A DNA stretch of 64,000 bases from Puniceicoccaceae bacterium (GCA_040830765.1 JBFOMH010000005.1:64001-128000); one strand, 5' to 3'. Numbered from the stretch's first letter, positions 46,608 through 55,979 are shown. Notes: generated from the letters alone by a model not told the origin. Numbers and translations are program-made.

Positions 46608-49403
46608 TCAGGGTTGCGGATCGAGGAAGTTGTTAAAGGTCCCGTCGAAATAAATGAAGAAACCTCCATTCGACTCGACGAGCCAGGCCCACTTGCCGGC
46701 GCTGTAGTGGTAAATCCACGAACCGGCCCGGATATCATCTCCACTGAAGTAGAAATACCCGAAATTTGGACTGTAGATGTACGGATAGCCGGCAGTGTAG
46801 ACAAAGCCCATCGTGATGCTGTAGGACCAGCCCGGTGTGTACCGGTAGAGGAAGCTCAGGTTGACGTTGTCGACCCATCCGGAATCGAATTCCGAGATCA
46901 GCACCTCGTGAACCTGGTAAACAGCACCATCGCCGCCACCCGTTCCGGTGGAGACATAGTGGAAGGCAAGGTTGATCGTCTGGTCGACATAGGCCGAGAG
47001 ATCAATTTCACCGGAGTCCACCAGTTCGTAGTCGCCCTGCGACAGGGCTCCACCAACAGCATTCCATGTAGCTGTAGCCGGATTAAGGCCATCATAGTTC
47101 GTTGAAACAAGAACCTCCAGCGGAGGACCACCGAAGTTCCGCGCCGTCTGGTAGGTGAGTTCCGGGTTGGCGGTACCTGACAGGTCAATGTCCGGGGAAA
47201 TCAACCAGTCGTCACTGGCAGTGTCACCACCGAATCCATTGGCCGCGGCGTAGCCGTTGCCACTGAATTCGCCCCATGTCCAATCGCGGTTGCTGGCCAG
47301 GCTGACAGCGGAGAAATCACCAAGGTCTACCTCGAAGTCCTCAAAGAAGATGACGTCATCATAGATGGAAACTTCGTGTACCTGGTAAACGGCACCATCG
47401 CCCCCACCCGTCCCGGTGGAGATGTAGTGGAAGGCCACGTAGACAGCCTCTCCAATGTAAGCCGAGAGGTCGATGATACCGGAATCCACCAGTTCATAGT
47501 CGCCTTGTGACAAGGCCCCACCGAGGGCGGTCCATGTTGCCGTCGCCGGATTGAGCCCATCATAGTCCGTCGAAATCAGGACCTCCAGTTCCGGACCACC
47601 AAAGTTGCGGGCCGTCTGGTAAACCATTTTCGGATCAATCGCAGTGGCGAGACTGACCTGCGGGGAAATCAACCAGTCATCGCTGGCAGTGTCGCCACCG
47701 AAGCCATTGGCCGCAGCATAGCCGTTGCCACTGAATTCACCCCATTCCCAGTCACGGTTGCTGGCCAGGCTGACGGCAGTGAAGTCACCAAGGTCGACCT
47801 CGAAGTCTTCGAACAAGAAGACGCCGGTGGCCGGGGGTACATCGTAGACGAGGAAGTCATGGACTTGCCAGACGGGTGCTTCGCCAGGACCGGTACCTGC
47901 GGAAAGATAACGGAAGGCTACATGAACGGTCTGCCCAATGTAAGTGGACAAATCGATCATGCCCGACGGGATAATGTCGTAGTCGTCTGCCGAAAGCGTC
48001 GCCGCTAATGGAGTCCATTCAGCCAAGGCCGGATTGACCCCATCAAAGTTGGTGGAAATCCAGACATCAATGTCCGGGCCATCGAAGTTCTTGGCCGTAT
48101 TGAAGAGCAGTGTTGGCTCAGTTGTTCCGGCAAGGTCAATCGCCGGGGAAATCAGGTAGTCATCACTGGCCACGTCTGCACTGAAGCCGTTGATATCGGC
48201 AAAACCATTTCCACCAAAGGTATTGTGGTTCCAATCCCGATCACTGGCCAGGCTGACGGTTGTAAAGTCACCCAAGTCGACTTCAAAGTCTTCATAGTAG
48301 ACAGTTGCGAGATTCGGCGTAACGACGAACAGCGAGGAGACGGAGACGTCATTGCCGGACCCGGCTGATCCGATGTCAATGACCCCGTTGGAAGTCGTGG
48401 CATCGACGGTGAATGTAATGGAACTTGCGCTGACAATCGTGAAGTCAACATTCACGCCACCGACTTGTACGGAAGTGACGACGTCCAGGTCAGCACCGGA
48501 AATTCTTACAGTGTCACCGGGATAAGCAATGGTCGGACCGAAGCTGAAGAGGTCAACCGCAGCAGCGGGGCTGGCGGGATTGGCTGAGCCTGGTGTGTCA
48601 AGGGCCGGGCCATTGAAGTCATCCCCCATGAAGAGGCCTGTTCCCTCGTCGTTGAGAAGGTTGAATTCGCCAATGTTCCATTCATTGTCGTCACTACCCC
48701 GATAGATCATACCGGGAGTAAAGCTGCCATCCGGGCCGACATCCTCGAATCCGAGGGCAGCTCCATATACGAACTCCTCCGGATTGGAGTCATTCGGCAC
48801 CTCAACCAGACCAACGGCGTCAACTACCAATGTCCATGGCAGGGGCCGGGGTGTAACCGCCACCATGTTAATGTCATCAAAATCATCAACATGGTTCAGA
48901 ATGCCGTCGTTGTCGTCATCGATATCAACGGCGAGGTCATCATACTGGGAAGCAAGGTCCAGAACCTCGATCCCCGTGTAGCCAGTACAGAGGATGTGGG
49001 TGACATTGTCCGAATTCTCGAAATTGATATCAACTGTATCATCAATATCGAGTGCCGTAATACCCAGGGCTTCAAACTGGATATCAACGGTCGAAATCAG
49101 GAGATGGCCGTCATCGGGAATAACGTAACCAGTCAGGTCGAGAGCGAACTCAACCGTAGCCGCTCCCTTGTCGGGGACGTTGTCCCCGTTGGGATTCTGG
49201 AAGGAACTGTGGTCACCGATGACAAGGTACCAGTGGTTGTCGAGTGATTCACCGGGTGTACCCTTGATCTCAAAAAATTCATTACTGTCCGTTCCACCCG
49301 GCTCATCCTGCCGGATTTCATTGATCTGCAGACCGAAAACGGTCGAGGATGCCAGTGCGGTGAGGCAACCGATAAACGATAGGTATCGTGGGTTTATCTT
49401 CAT
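46608..49403 (-). CDS. Surface protein: lamin-tail-like domain, IPT-like domain, three DUF5017/choice-of-anchor-J-like repeats, aromatic C-terminal module
   Basis: LQINEIR...FFEIKG; PGDTVRISG; three copies of EDF...SDD(W/Y)LISP.IDL...AF(H/R)Y. Confidence 0.8.
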   Translation of the reverse strand: MKINPRYLSFIGCLTALASSTVFGLQINEIRQDEPGGTDSNEFFEIKGTPGESLDNHWYLVIGDHSSFQNPNGDNVPDKGAATVEFALDLTGYVIPDDGHLLISTVDIQFEALGITALDIDDTVDINFENSDNVTHILCTGYTGIEVLDLASQYDDLAVDIDDDNDGILNHVDDFDDINMVAVTPRPLPWTLVVDAVGLVEVPNDSNPEEFVYGAALGFEDVGPDGSFTPGMIYRGSDDNEWNIGEFNLLNDEGTGLFMGDDFNGPALDTPGSANPASPAAAVDLFSFGPTIAYPGDTVRISGADLDVVTSVQVGGVNVDFTIVSASSITFTVDATTSNGVIDIGSAGSGNDVSVSSLFVVTPNLATVYYEDFEVDLGDFTTVSLASDRDWNHNTFGGNGFADINGFSADVASDDYLISPAIDLAGTTEPTLLFNTAKNFDGPDIDVWISTNFDGVNPALAEWTPLAATLSADDYDIIPSGMIDLSTYIGQTVHVAFRYLSAGTGPGEAPVWQVHDFLVYDVPPATGVFLFEDFEVDLGDFTAVSLASNRDWEWGEFSGNGYAAANGFGGDTASDDWLISPQVSLATAIDPKMVYQTARNFGGPELEVLISTDYDGLNPATATWTALGGALSQGDYELVDSGIIDLSAYIGEAVYVAFHYISTGTGGGDGAVYQVHEVSIYDDVIFFEDFEVDLGDFSAVSLASNRDWTWGEFSGNGYAAANGFGGDTASDDWLISPDIDLSGTANPELTYQTARNFGGPPLEVLVSTNYDGLNPATATWNAVGGALSQGDYELVDSGEIDLSAYVDQTINLAFHYVSTGTGGGDGAVYQVHEVLISEFDSGWVDNVNLSFLYRYTPGWSYSITMGFVYTAGYPYIYSPNFGYFYFSGDDIRAGSWIYHYSAGKWAWLVESNGGFFIYFDGTFNNFLDPQP
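46897..48300 (-). repeat. Three tandem intragenic repeats of about 156-161 aa
   Basis: Units start at about 48300, 47817 and 47349 (xxEDFEVDLGDF); units 2 and 3 are near-identical. Confidence 0.9.
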
Positions 49404-49426
49404 TTGTGCTTATTGTGTTATGGTTA

Positions 49427-51025
49427 CTAGATTAGGTTGGGCTCGAGAATATACTGCCCGGATGAGGGCGAATAAAACCATCTCTGGGGGCTTTGGCTAT
49501 CTTTAATGTAGTAAAGCCATCCATTTGTGCTGCTGAAGAGGTAGGGATAATAGGTAATTCCTGTAAAAAGCCAACCCAGGGAGGAATCGTAAAACCAGAA
49601 AGCCGCCTCCGAGAGGCTGTCGGCGTAAATCCATTTATGTTCAAGGTGGTAAAACCAAGGGGCATCGGCCGGCTTGAGAAAGCCAAACCAATCGGATAGG
49701 TGCCAGCCCTCGGGATATCCCTCAGAGTAGGTAAAGAGATGCAAACCTCCGGCATCATGAACAGCCGGATCAAACACAACCTCGACTGGTTCTGTTCCGG
49801 GGGCATCGCGGCTGACAACAATCCGGTAGTAGGCCGGACGGGATGTGTCGGCGGGAGCATGTTGGAGCCCGGCATAGTAGTAGACTCCCCGGTCTGCGAG
49901 CAGCAGGTCCCGCTCCGTATATGGAATCTCTGTCCAAGCATCCTCTGAGAGAGGATTGGTGGCGTATTCGACGCTGTAGCTCAGATGAGAGGCCTCCGGC
50001 TCCTTAATAAAGCTGAACTCGAGAAAATTGACGTCTCCGTTTCTATCAACCTTGGGCAGGTCCTCTGTCGTCACAACTTCCGGATCTGTTTGCAGGGCAA
50101 ATTCCATCAAGTTCAAAATCCGATCGAGGTCCGGGTCCACAAGCGGATCGACAATCGCCGGATCCTCAAGTTGGGCCAGGGAAAATTCCCGAACCCGCCA
50201 AGCGCCCCAAGTCAGGTAATCAGTTCCCGTGTAGACAGCATCAGCAAGGTCGGGGTAATCGACAAACGGATTCCGGTTAAGCTGGAAGATGACTGAATTC
50301 TCTACCCGGATCCCGGAATAAATGAGATGATTTTTCCTGCGCTCCCTCTCATCCGGCGGAAATTGGCGGTTCCATTCCAAAAGAGTCGTCAACTTCCCCA
50401 TCCGGTTGTCCCAACTGGCCGGGTCGTCGGAGAGCTTGAAGTCACCCGTGATGTTGGAGGCATCATAGCGGGTGTCCATATACAGAAGCGCCCGTGCGAT
50501 GCGTCCCTTGTCGGCGTCCCGTGGCTCGACCAGGCGGAGCCCGCTACTGCGAATGGAATCCGGGGCATTGCGTAGGGGTGTCCCGCTGGCCAGCTCATCG
50601 TAGGCGAAATTGGAGCGGTCCTCATTGGTCAGCGGATCGGCTGGAAAGAGGTGGTGGGCATCACTGTAGGCGGGTCCCGCATCAGCGCCATACGATTGTG
50701 GCCAGGTGTGCTCACGATTCCAGAAAGTGAATAATCCGTCGTTGGGGACCGAAGTACCCGAATAGAGCAGCAGGATATTATTCTCGTTCTCCGGGTCCTT
50801 GTCATATTCCTGGAAAGCGAGGGCGATGTTGTTGTAGCTCTGGACGATGTGCCCGTCGATGATCTCATGCAGGGCCGACTTCAGGGAGTCGCCAAGAAGG
50901 CCCTCGGCGGACGAATAATAATCCTCCGGCGGCCCATAATCCTGCCCGGACAGGCTGGAAACAAGGGCCAGAGCGGCCAGGGAAGAGAGACAAACTGTTG
51001 ATTGGAGCCGATGAGAAACTGGCAT
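49427..51025 (-). CDS. Secreted Endonuclease I family nuclease with Trp-rich C-terminal module (type B)
   Basis: WNREHTWPQS, DAHHLFP...NEDRSN, KGRIARALLYM, NRNPFVDYP. Start taken at ATG 51025. Confidence 0.9.
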   Translation of the reverse strand: MPVSHRLQSTVCLSSLAALALVSSLSGQDYGPPEDYYSSAEGLLGDSLKSALHEIIDGHIVQSYNNIALAFQEYDKDPENENNILLLYSGTSVPNDGLFTFWNREHTWPQSYGADAGPAYSDAHHLFPADPLTNEDRSNFAYDELASGTPLRNAPDSIRSSGLRLVEPRDADKGRIARALLYMDTRYDASNITGDFKLSDDPASWDNRMGKLTTLLEWNRQFPPDERERRKNHLIYSGIRVENSVIFQLNRNPFVDYPDLADAVYTGTDYLTWGAWRVREFSLAQLEDPAIVDPLVDPDLDRILNLMEFALQTDPEVVTTEDLPKVDRNGDVNFLEFSFIKEPEASHLSYSVEYATNPLSEDAWTEIPYTERDLLLADRGVYYYAGLQHAPADTSRPAYYRIVVSRDAPGTEPVEVVFDPAVHDAGGLHLFTYSEGYPEGWHLSDWFGFLKPADAPWFYHLEHKWIYADSLSEAAFWFYDSSLGWLFTGITYYPYLFSSTNGWLYYIKDSQSPQRWFYSPSSGQYILEPNLI

Positions 51026-51199
51026 AAGGTATCCTGACAAGAAGGGCAAATAAGATGCAACCGGAGAGCTTTGTCAAAGCTAGCTGATGATTGTTCGGTA
51101 AATTCTCAAGAAAATCCTACCAAAACGGAGCACTTATCCTCCGGACACAGGGGATCATTTTAATTATACTGAAAGCGACACGCAAACGGGGGATGTGAT

Positions 51200-52567
51200 A
51201 TGGCAAATGGTATGGGTATGCAATTGGACGATGGATCACGGGTGGCGATTGTCGGCGGCGGACCGGCGGGATCCATGTTTTGTTATTTTCTCCTCCAGAT
51301 GTCGCGTCGGATGGGCTTTGAGCTGGTAGTCGATGTCTATGAGCCGCGCGAGTTCAGCCGCCCGGGACCGGCCGGTTGCAACAACTGCGGGGGCATCATC
51401 TCGGAATGGCTCGTCCAGGCACTGGCCATGGAAGGTATCAATCTGCCGGACAAGGTGGTCCAGCGCGGGCTGGAGTCCTATTCCATGCATCTCGATGCCG
51501 GTTCGGTGAATATCGAGACGCCCCACCACGAGAAACGGATTGCCACGGTCCACCGGGGTGGCGGGCCGCGGGACGTCAAGGAGAGCACATGGGGCAGCTT
51601 TGATGCCCATGTCTTTGCGATGGCCCAGGAAGCCGGAGGCAACTGGGTCCGCAACAAGGTTGTGGAGCTGCAGTACGCGGAGGACTCCATCCAGGTAACC
51701 CCGAACAACGAGGATCCAGTTGACTACGATCTCGTCGTCATGGCCACCGGGAAACGGACCCAGGCGCTAAAGATGCTGCAAAAGCTGGATATTGGGTTTG
51801 CCCCACCGGTCATGGCCAAGGCCTACATCAGCGAAATTCACATGGGCAACGCCGAAATTACCAAGGAACTGGGCAATTCCATGCACCTTTTCCTGCCGGA
51901 CATTCCCAATGTGAAGTTCGGGGCCCTCATTCCGAAGGGGGATTATGTCACTTTCTGCATGCTGGGGAACAAAATTACCAATGATGCCGTTTCCGCTTTC
52001 ATCAACTTGCCGGAAGTCCGGGGGTGCATGCCGGCCGGTTGGGTGGTTCCGGAAAAGATGTGCCATTGTTCTCCCGGACTGGCTATCAAGGGTGCCACCA
52101 AGCCCTATGCGGATCGAATTCTGTGCGTCGGCGACTGTGGCGTCAGCCGGCTCTACAAGGATGGGATTGGGGCTGCCTACCGGGCGGCCAAGGCGGCCGC
52201 GGTGGCGGTTGTCCATGAAGGCGTCTCAGAGGCGGCCCTGGAGAAACACTACTGGCCCACCCTGCGCAACATTGCCAACGACAATAACTATGGTAAAGTG
52301 ATCTTTGAAGTGACGAAACTGGTCCAGAAGGTGCCCATGATCCGCCGCGGTGTATTGCGGATGGTCCGGCGGGAACAGGCCCATCCGGAGCGACCCCAGC
52401 GGATGAGTGAGGTCCTGTGGGACACCTTTACCGGTAGCGCTCCCTACAAGGATGTTTTCCTGCGCACCCTGAATCCCCTTTTCTTCCTGCAGTTCGGCTG
52501 GGATATCGTAGCCGGCCTGTTCAGTTTCAAAACCGAAAAAAGGAGTCTGGCCCATGAAGGAGGGTGA
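51200..52567 (+). CDS. FAD-dependent oxidoreductase (geranylgeranyl reductase-like) with extra Cys motifs
   Basis: VAIVGGGPAG, GCNNCGGIIS, ALIPKGD, CHCSP, VGDCG...DGIGAA. Confidence 0.82.
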   Translation: MANGMGMQLDDGSRVAIVGGGPAGSMFCYFLLQMSRRMGFELVVDVYEPREFSRPGPAGCNNCGGIISEWLVQALAMEGINLPDKVVQRGLESYSMHLDAGSVNIETPHHEKRIATVHRGGGPRDVKESTWGSFDAHVFAMAQEAGGNWVRNKVVELQYAEDSIQVTPNNEDPVDYDLVVMATGKRTQALKMLQKLDIGFAPPVMAKAYISEIHMGNAEITKELGNSMHLFLPDIPNVKFGALIPKGDYVTFCMLGNKITNDAVSAFINLPEVRGCMPAGWVVPEKMCHCSPGLAIKGATKPYADRILCVGDCGVSRLYKDGIGAAYRAAKAAAVAVVHEGVSEAALEKHYWPTLRNIANDNNYGKVIFEVTKLVQKVPMIRRGVLRMVRREQAHPERPQRMSEVLWDTFTGSAPYKDVFLRTLNPLFFLQFGWDIVAGLFSFKTEKRSLAHEGG

Positions 52568-52928
52568 ACTGGGAAAAGTGTATCAGGATGGCGAGCTGGT
52601 CGTCCGCCAAGGAGAAGTCGGTAATTGCATGTACGTCATCCAGGCCGGCGAGGTGGAAATTTTCCGCGAGGAAGATGGACGCGATATCCGACTCCGGGTC
52701 GCCGGGCCAAATGAGTTTTTTGGGGAGATGGCCCTGGTGGAGAATGATGTCCGCTCGGCCAGCGTCCGCTCGCTCGGGGAATCCCGCATCCTCCATGTAG
52801 ACAAGCGGACCTTTATGCGCCGAGTCCACGAGGATCCCTCCCTGGCCTACCGGATCATGGAGTCGCTCTCCCACGAAATCCGCCGGTTGGCTGCTGAACT
52901 GGGAGAACTGAAGGCAGAGTCCAGTTAA
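52554..52928 (+). CDS. Stand-alone cyclic nucleotide-binding domain protein
   Basis: QGEVGNCMYVIQAGEVE...FFGEMAL...RSASV; 124 aa with no HTH; overlaps the upstream gene by 14 nt. Confidence 0.9.
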   Translation: MKEGELGKVYQDGELVVRQGEVGNCMYVIQAGEVEIFREEDGRDIRLRVAGPNEFFGEMALVENDVRSASVRSLGESRILHVDKRTFMRRVHEDPSLAYRIMESLSHEIRRLAAELGELKAESS

Positions 52929-52938
52929 GCTTTGCCAC

Positions 52939-55053
52939 TCAATAGGTATAGGCGAGCCTTACGGAGACGGCCCGCCCCGGCAATGGGATGCGCTCCCCCG
53001 CCGTGAGTGTCCCTCCCGAAGGCTGGATGGGGCCGGTCGCCACAGGTGGTTGCAGATAGGCATAGGCCAGGCGATCCAAAGCATTATGGACTGTGATGCC
53101 AATGTCCCACCCCCTGATCCTCAGGCCAAGGCCAAGGTCGAGCAGAAACCAGGCTTTGGTATCGGCATAGAGGGGATTGAGCGCGGGCTGGGGATTGATT
53201 CCTTCCCCGACGTAGCGTCCGGATATGGATAGGTCAACTGTGCCGGAATTACCCCTCCGCGTCCACAACAGTGAAAAGGCCCCCTCCCAGGGCGGAATCT
53301 CGGCCAAGCCACCGCCTCCTTCGCGTACCTTGCCAACGGTCCGGCTGTAACTGAACTCGGTCACCAGGCCACGCAAGCAACCCTCCTCGAACGGGGTCAA
53401 CTGGACTGTCGTCTCGAATCCCTTCAGCTCCGCATCTTGGTTTCGGAAGCTGTAGATCAGTGGTGTTGCCTGGATAACTTCACGGACGACAAAGTCGTCG
53501 ATACTAGCAAGCCAGGATTCCAGGTTCAGGCGAAGGCGGTTACCGTCATAACGCAGGGCAATGGAAGCGGACTGCTTGTCTTCAGGATTAAGGGCGGGAT
53601 TGCCGAGTTCCACGCCGCCGCCAAGGGCATTCAGGAATGCCCGGTAGCGTTCTCCCGGTCCCGGGGCGGCGGTCGAGAGCCCGGTACCGGCAACGAGAGT
53701 CCAGTCCGGTGCCAGGACCCATTCCCCCACGAACTGAATGGCACCGGTCCAGTCAGAAATGCGGGCCCGATCCGCCTCGGGTCCGTTAAAGGAGACAAAA
53801 TTCTCCCGCAGGGTACTGCCTTGTGCACCCGGAATCCCAACAACCGGAGCATCCATCCGACCCGCCGTCATCCGGGACCTTTCCGCCCTCGCCCCTACCC
53901 TCCAGCGAAATCCTTCGACCTCCAACTGACTCAGCTCAACAAAGGCCCCGGGGTGACGGGTTTCCACATCCGGCCAGATGGCATCCTCCAGTTCGAGCCC
54001 GGACTTGAGGGATCGTGTCCGGGTGGCATCACGATTTTGCCAGCTGTAATCCAATCCGCTCTCCAGGAGCAGCTTCTTGCCAAGGCGGATCTTGTGAACC
54101 GCAGCCGCCGAGGTACTGCGGGCCCGCGAGACCGCGTTCACCGCCTCCAGCGGGGCGGCCGGACTGATGGTGCGGTACTTGCTGGTCAGGACAGGATCGA
54201 CTTGTGCATAGCCCAAGCGGAATTCAAGCATGCCCTCCCCAAGGGCGCGTGAATAGGCCGATGTCAGAAACAGCGAATCCGTATCCACGGTATCCAGCGG
54301 CAATGACGGATTGTTGACCTTCACTTGCCGCATAAAATTGACCGCCAGATCCAGTTTTCCCTCGTTCTGCTGTTTCCAGGAAAACGCACCCATGGCCCCC
54401 CACGCCTGGTAATCCTCGTCAACAACATGTCCCGGCCCACCCGATTCGACCTTGCCGAACCGAGCGGCATGGAGGTTGGCCAGCAGACTGACAGAGTCCT
54501 TCTCGATTAAACGCGAGGAAACACTCCCGCTGGCACCGCCCGGATTGTCCATGGCCCCGGCTTCCAGACGGTCCACTCCGCCCATGGACGCATCCAACGA
54601 CAATGAAATGCGGCCACCGGTTGGTACTGGGCCTTGTGTAATCGAAGGAAAGGCACTTGTCACCTGAACCGTCCCCGGAAAAGCGTTCCCAAAGAAATTG
54701 ACTGGGGAAGCTGTCCGGGTCGGTGAGGCCAGAGGAAGATACACATGGTTGAAGGTTGTAACGACCCGATCCAGGTTCAGGCCGCGGAGATTTGGCTCCA
54801 GTGCTCCCATCCCCCGGCGTTGCATCGTCAATCCGGGAATGGATTCCAGTTCATGCCCAAGTGAAGCCGGGATTGTGGGTTGCTGAATCTCTCCCAGCAC
54901 ACGGTCACCCGGACCGAAGGCCAGTTGGCCACTTTCATGGAAATCCACGAGGAACGGAGGTAGCTGAAATACCGGTCCAGCGACCGCTTCACCAGCAAGG
55001 GTAAGTGGCAGGACGGTTAACATTCCTGAAATGGCAACAATAACCCGCTTCAC
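52939..55053 (-). CDS. TonB-dependent receptor, OprC/NosA-like
   Basis: Plug region IPGLTMQRRG...EPNLRG; GNPALNPE; LAEIPP; NALDRLAY...PGR....AYTY. GTG start at 55053 overlaps the DMT stop (GTGA). Confidence 0.82.
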   Translation of the reverse strand: MKRVIVAISGMLTVLPLTLAGEAVAGPVFQLPPFLVDFHESGQLAFGPGDRVLGEIQQPTIPASLGHELESIPGLTMQRRGMGALEPNLRGLNLDRVVTTFNHVYLPLASPTRTASPVNFFGNAFPGTVQVTSAFPSITQGPVPTGGRISLSLDASMGGVDRLEAGAMDNPGGASGSVSSRLIEKDSVSLLANLHAARFGKVESGGPGHVVDEDYQAWGAMGAFSWKQQNEGKLDLAVNFMRQVKVNNPSLPLDTVDTDSLFLTSAYSRALGEGMLEFRLGYAQVDPVLTSKYRTISPAAPLEAVNAVSRARSTSAAAVHKIRLGKKLLLESGLDYSWQNRDATRTRSLKSGLELEDAIWPDVETRHPGAFVELSQLEVEGFRWRVGARAERSRMTAGRMDAPVVGIPGAQGSTLRENFVSFNGPEADRARISDWTGAIQFVGEWVLAPDWTLVAGTGLSTAAPGPGERYRAFLNALGGGVELGNPALNPEDKQSASIALRYDGNRLRLNLESWLASIDDFVVREVIQATPLIYSFRNQDAELKGFETTVQLTPFEEGCLRGLVTEFSYSRTVGKVREGGGGLAEIPPWEGAFSLLWTRRGNSGTVDLSISGRYVGEGINPQPALNPLYADTKAWFLLDLGLGLRIRGWDIGITVHNALDRLAYAYLQPPVATGPIQPSGGTLTAGERIPLPGRAVSVRLAYTY

Positions 55054-55973
55054 ATCTGTACCTGTAGAACAAGGCCGGCAACACCCGCAAGGGATGCTGT
55101 CGCGCCGATAAAGTAATGTGGACGAAATATCCGCCGTTCCATGCGCTTGGCCAATGGTACTGTAAACAACGTGGCCGTTGCCACGACTGCCTGGACCAAC
55201 CCGGGATTGTTGACCTCGCGAATCGCCCACAGCATGCAACTGACCCCAAGGACGGGCCCCGCAAGGGCATTGGCAATAACCCAAATAAATGGCGGGATAC
55301 GCGGAAACGGAAGATAAGCGGAAGAAACAGCACCCATATCCGAGGTCTTGCCGGAGGAGACCCGATGCAGGAGATAAACCAATACCCCGAGACAGGCACC
55401 CCCGATCAGGCGCTGGTAAGCCGCACTGAGGGGATCGATCCCCGTCCCGGCCAGCTCAAGCCGTATGAAGGCCAGCTTGGTCAGTATCCAGCTGACCGAC
55501 TGTCCACAGGCAGCAAGGGCGGCAAAGGCCATTCCGGAGAGTAGTGTATTCTTCGATACAACGGGAAGGCGGAATGGCGCAAGTGCCACCAGCAATCCAC
55601 CAATGACTAAAACAACCAACAAGAACTGTTGAAAGCTAATCCGCTCCCCTAACAGGACCCAGGCCAGGAGCACTGTCAGGACAGCCGCGGAACATTCCAC
55701 AACCAGGAGGCTTAGAGTGGAACCGATACGGGGAAAGGCCTGGAACATGCACCAGCCACCTGCCCCGAACCCCACGATTCCGGCAAGAAAGAAGGTCAGG
55801 AATTGTCCACCTCCAAGTCCGTGTCCAAGGCCATGAGCATACATGGCGAGGAGACCCACCGCAACCAGAAGTCGCCACATGTTGGCCCGGACCGGACCGA
55901 GCGCCATTGCCGCGCGCGTGGCAAAGACCGCGGTCATGGAAAACAACAGCGTGGTTAAAATGGCGGGGGCCAA
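55050..55973 (-). CDS. DMT/EamA family transporter
   Basis: About 10 TM helices in two EamA-like repeats; LLGERIS motif. Confidence 0.85.
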   Translation of the reverse strand: MAPAILTTLLFSMTAVFATRAAMALGPVRANMWRLLVAVGLLAMYAHGLGHGLGGGQFLTFFLAGIVGFGAGGWCMFQAFPRIGSTLSLLVVECSAAVLTVLLAWVLLGERISFQQFLLVVLVIGGLLVALAPFRLPVVSKNTLLSGMAFAALAACGQSVSWILTKLAFIRLELAGTGIDPLSAAYQRLIGGACLGVLVYLLHRVSSGKTSDMGAVSSAYLPFPRIPPFIWVIANALAGPVLGVSCMLWAIREVNNPGLVQAVVATATLFTVPLAKRMERRIFRPHYFIGATASLAGVAGLVLQVQM

Positions 55974-55979
55974 TGTGCT

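Noticed and set aside
46897..48300. Long direct repeats as CRISPR or mobile-element ends
   Set aside because: They are in-frame protein domain repeats with no spacers or cas genes.
55054..55284. Cys-rich N-terminal extension of the TonB receptor in the ORF track
   Set aside because: It overlaps the DMT gene; GTG 55053 gives a normal signal peptide and a coupled start.
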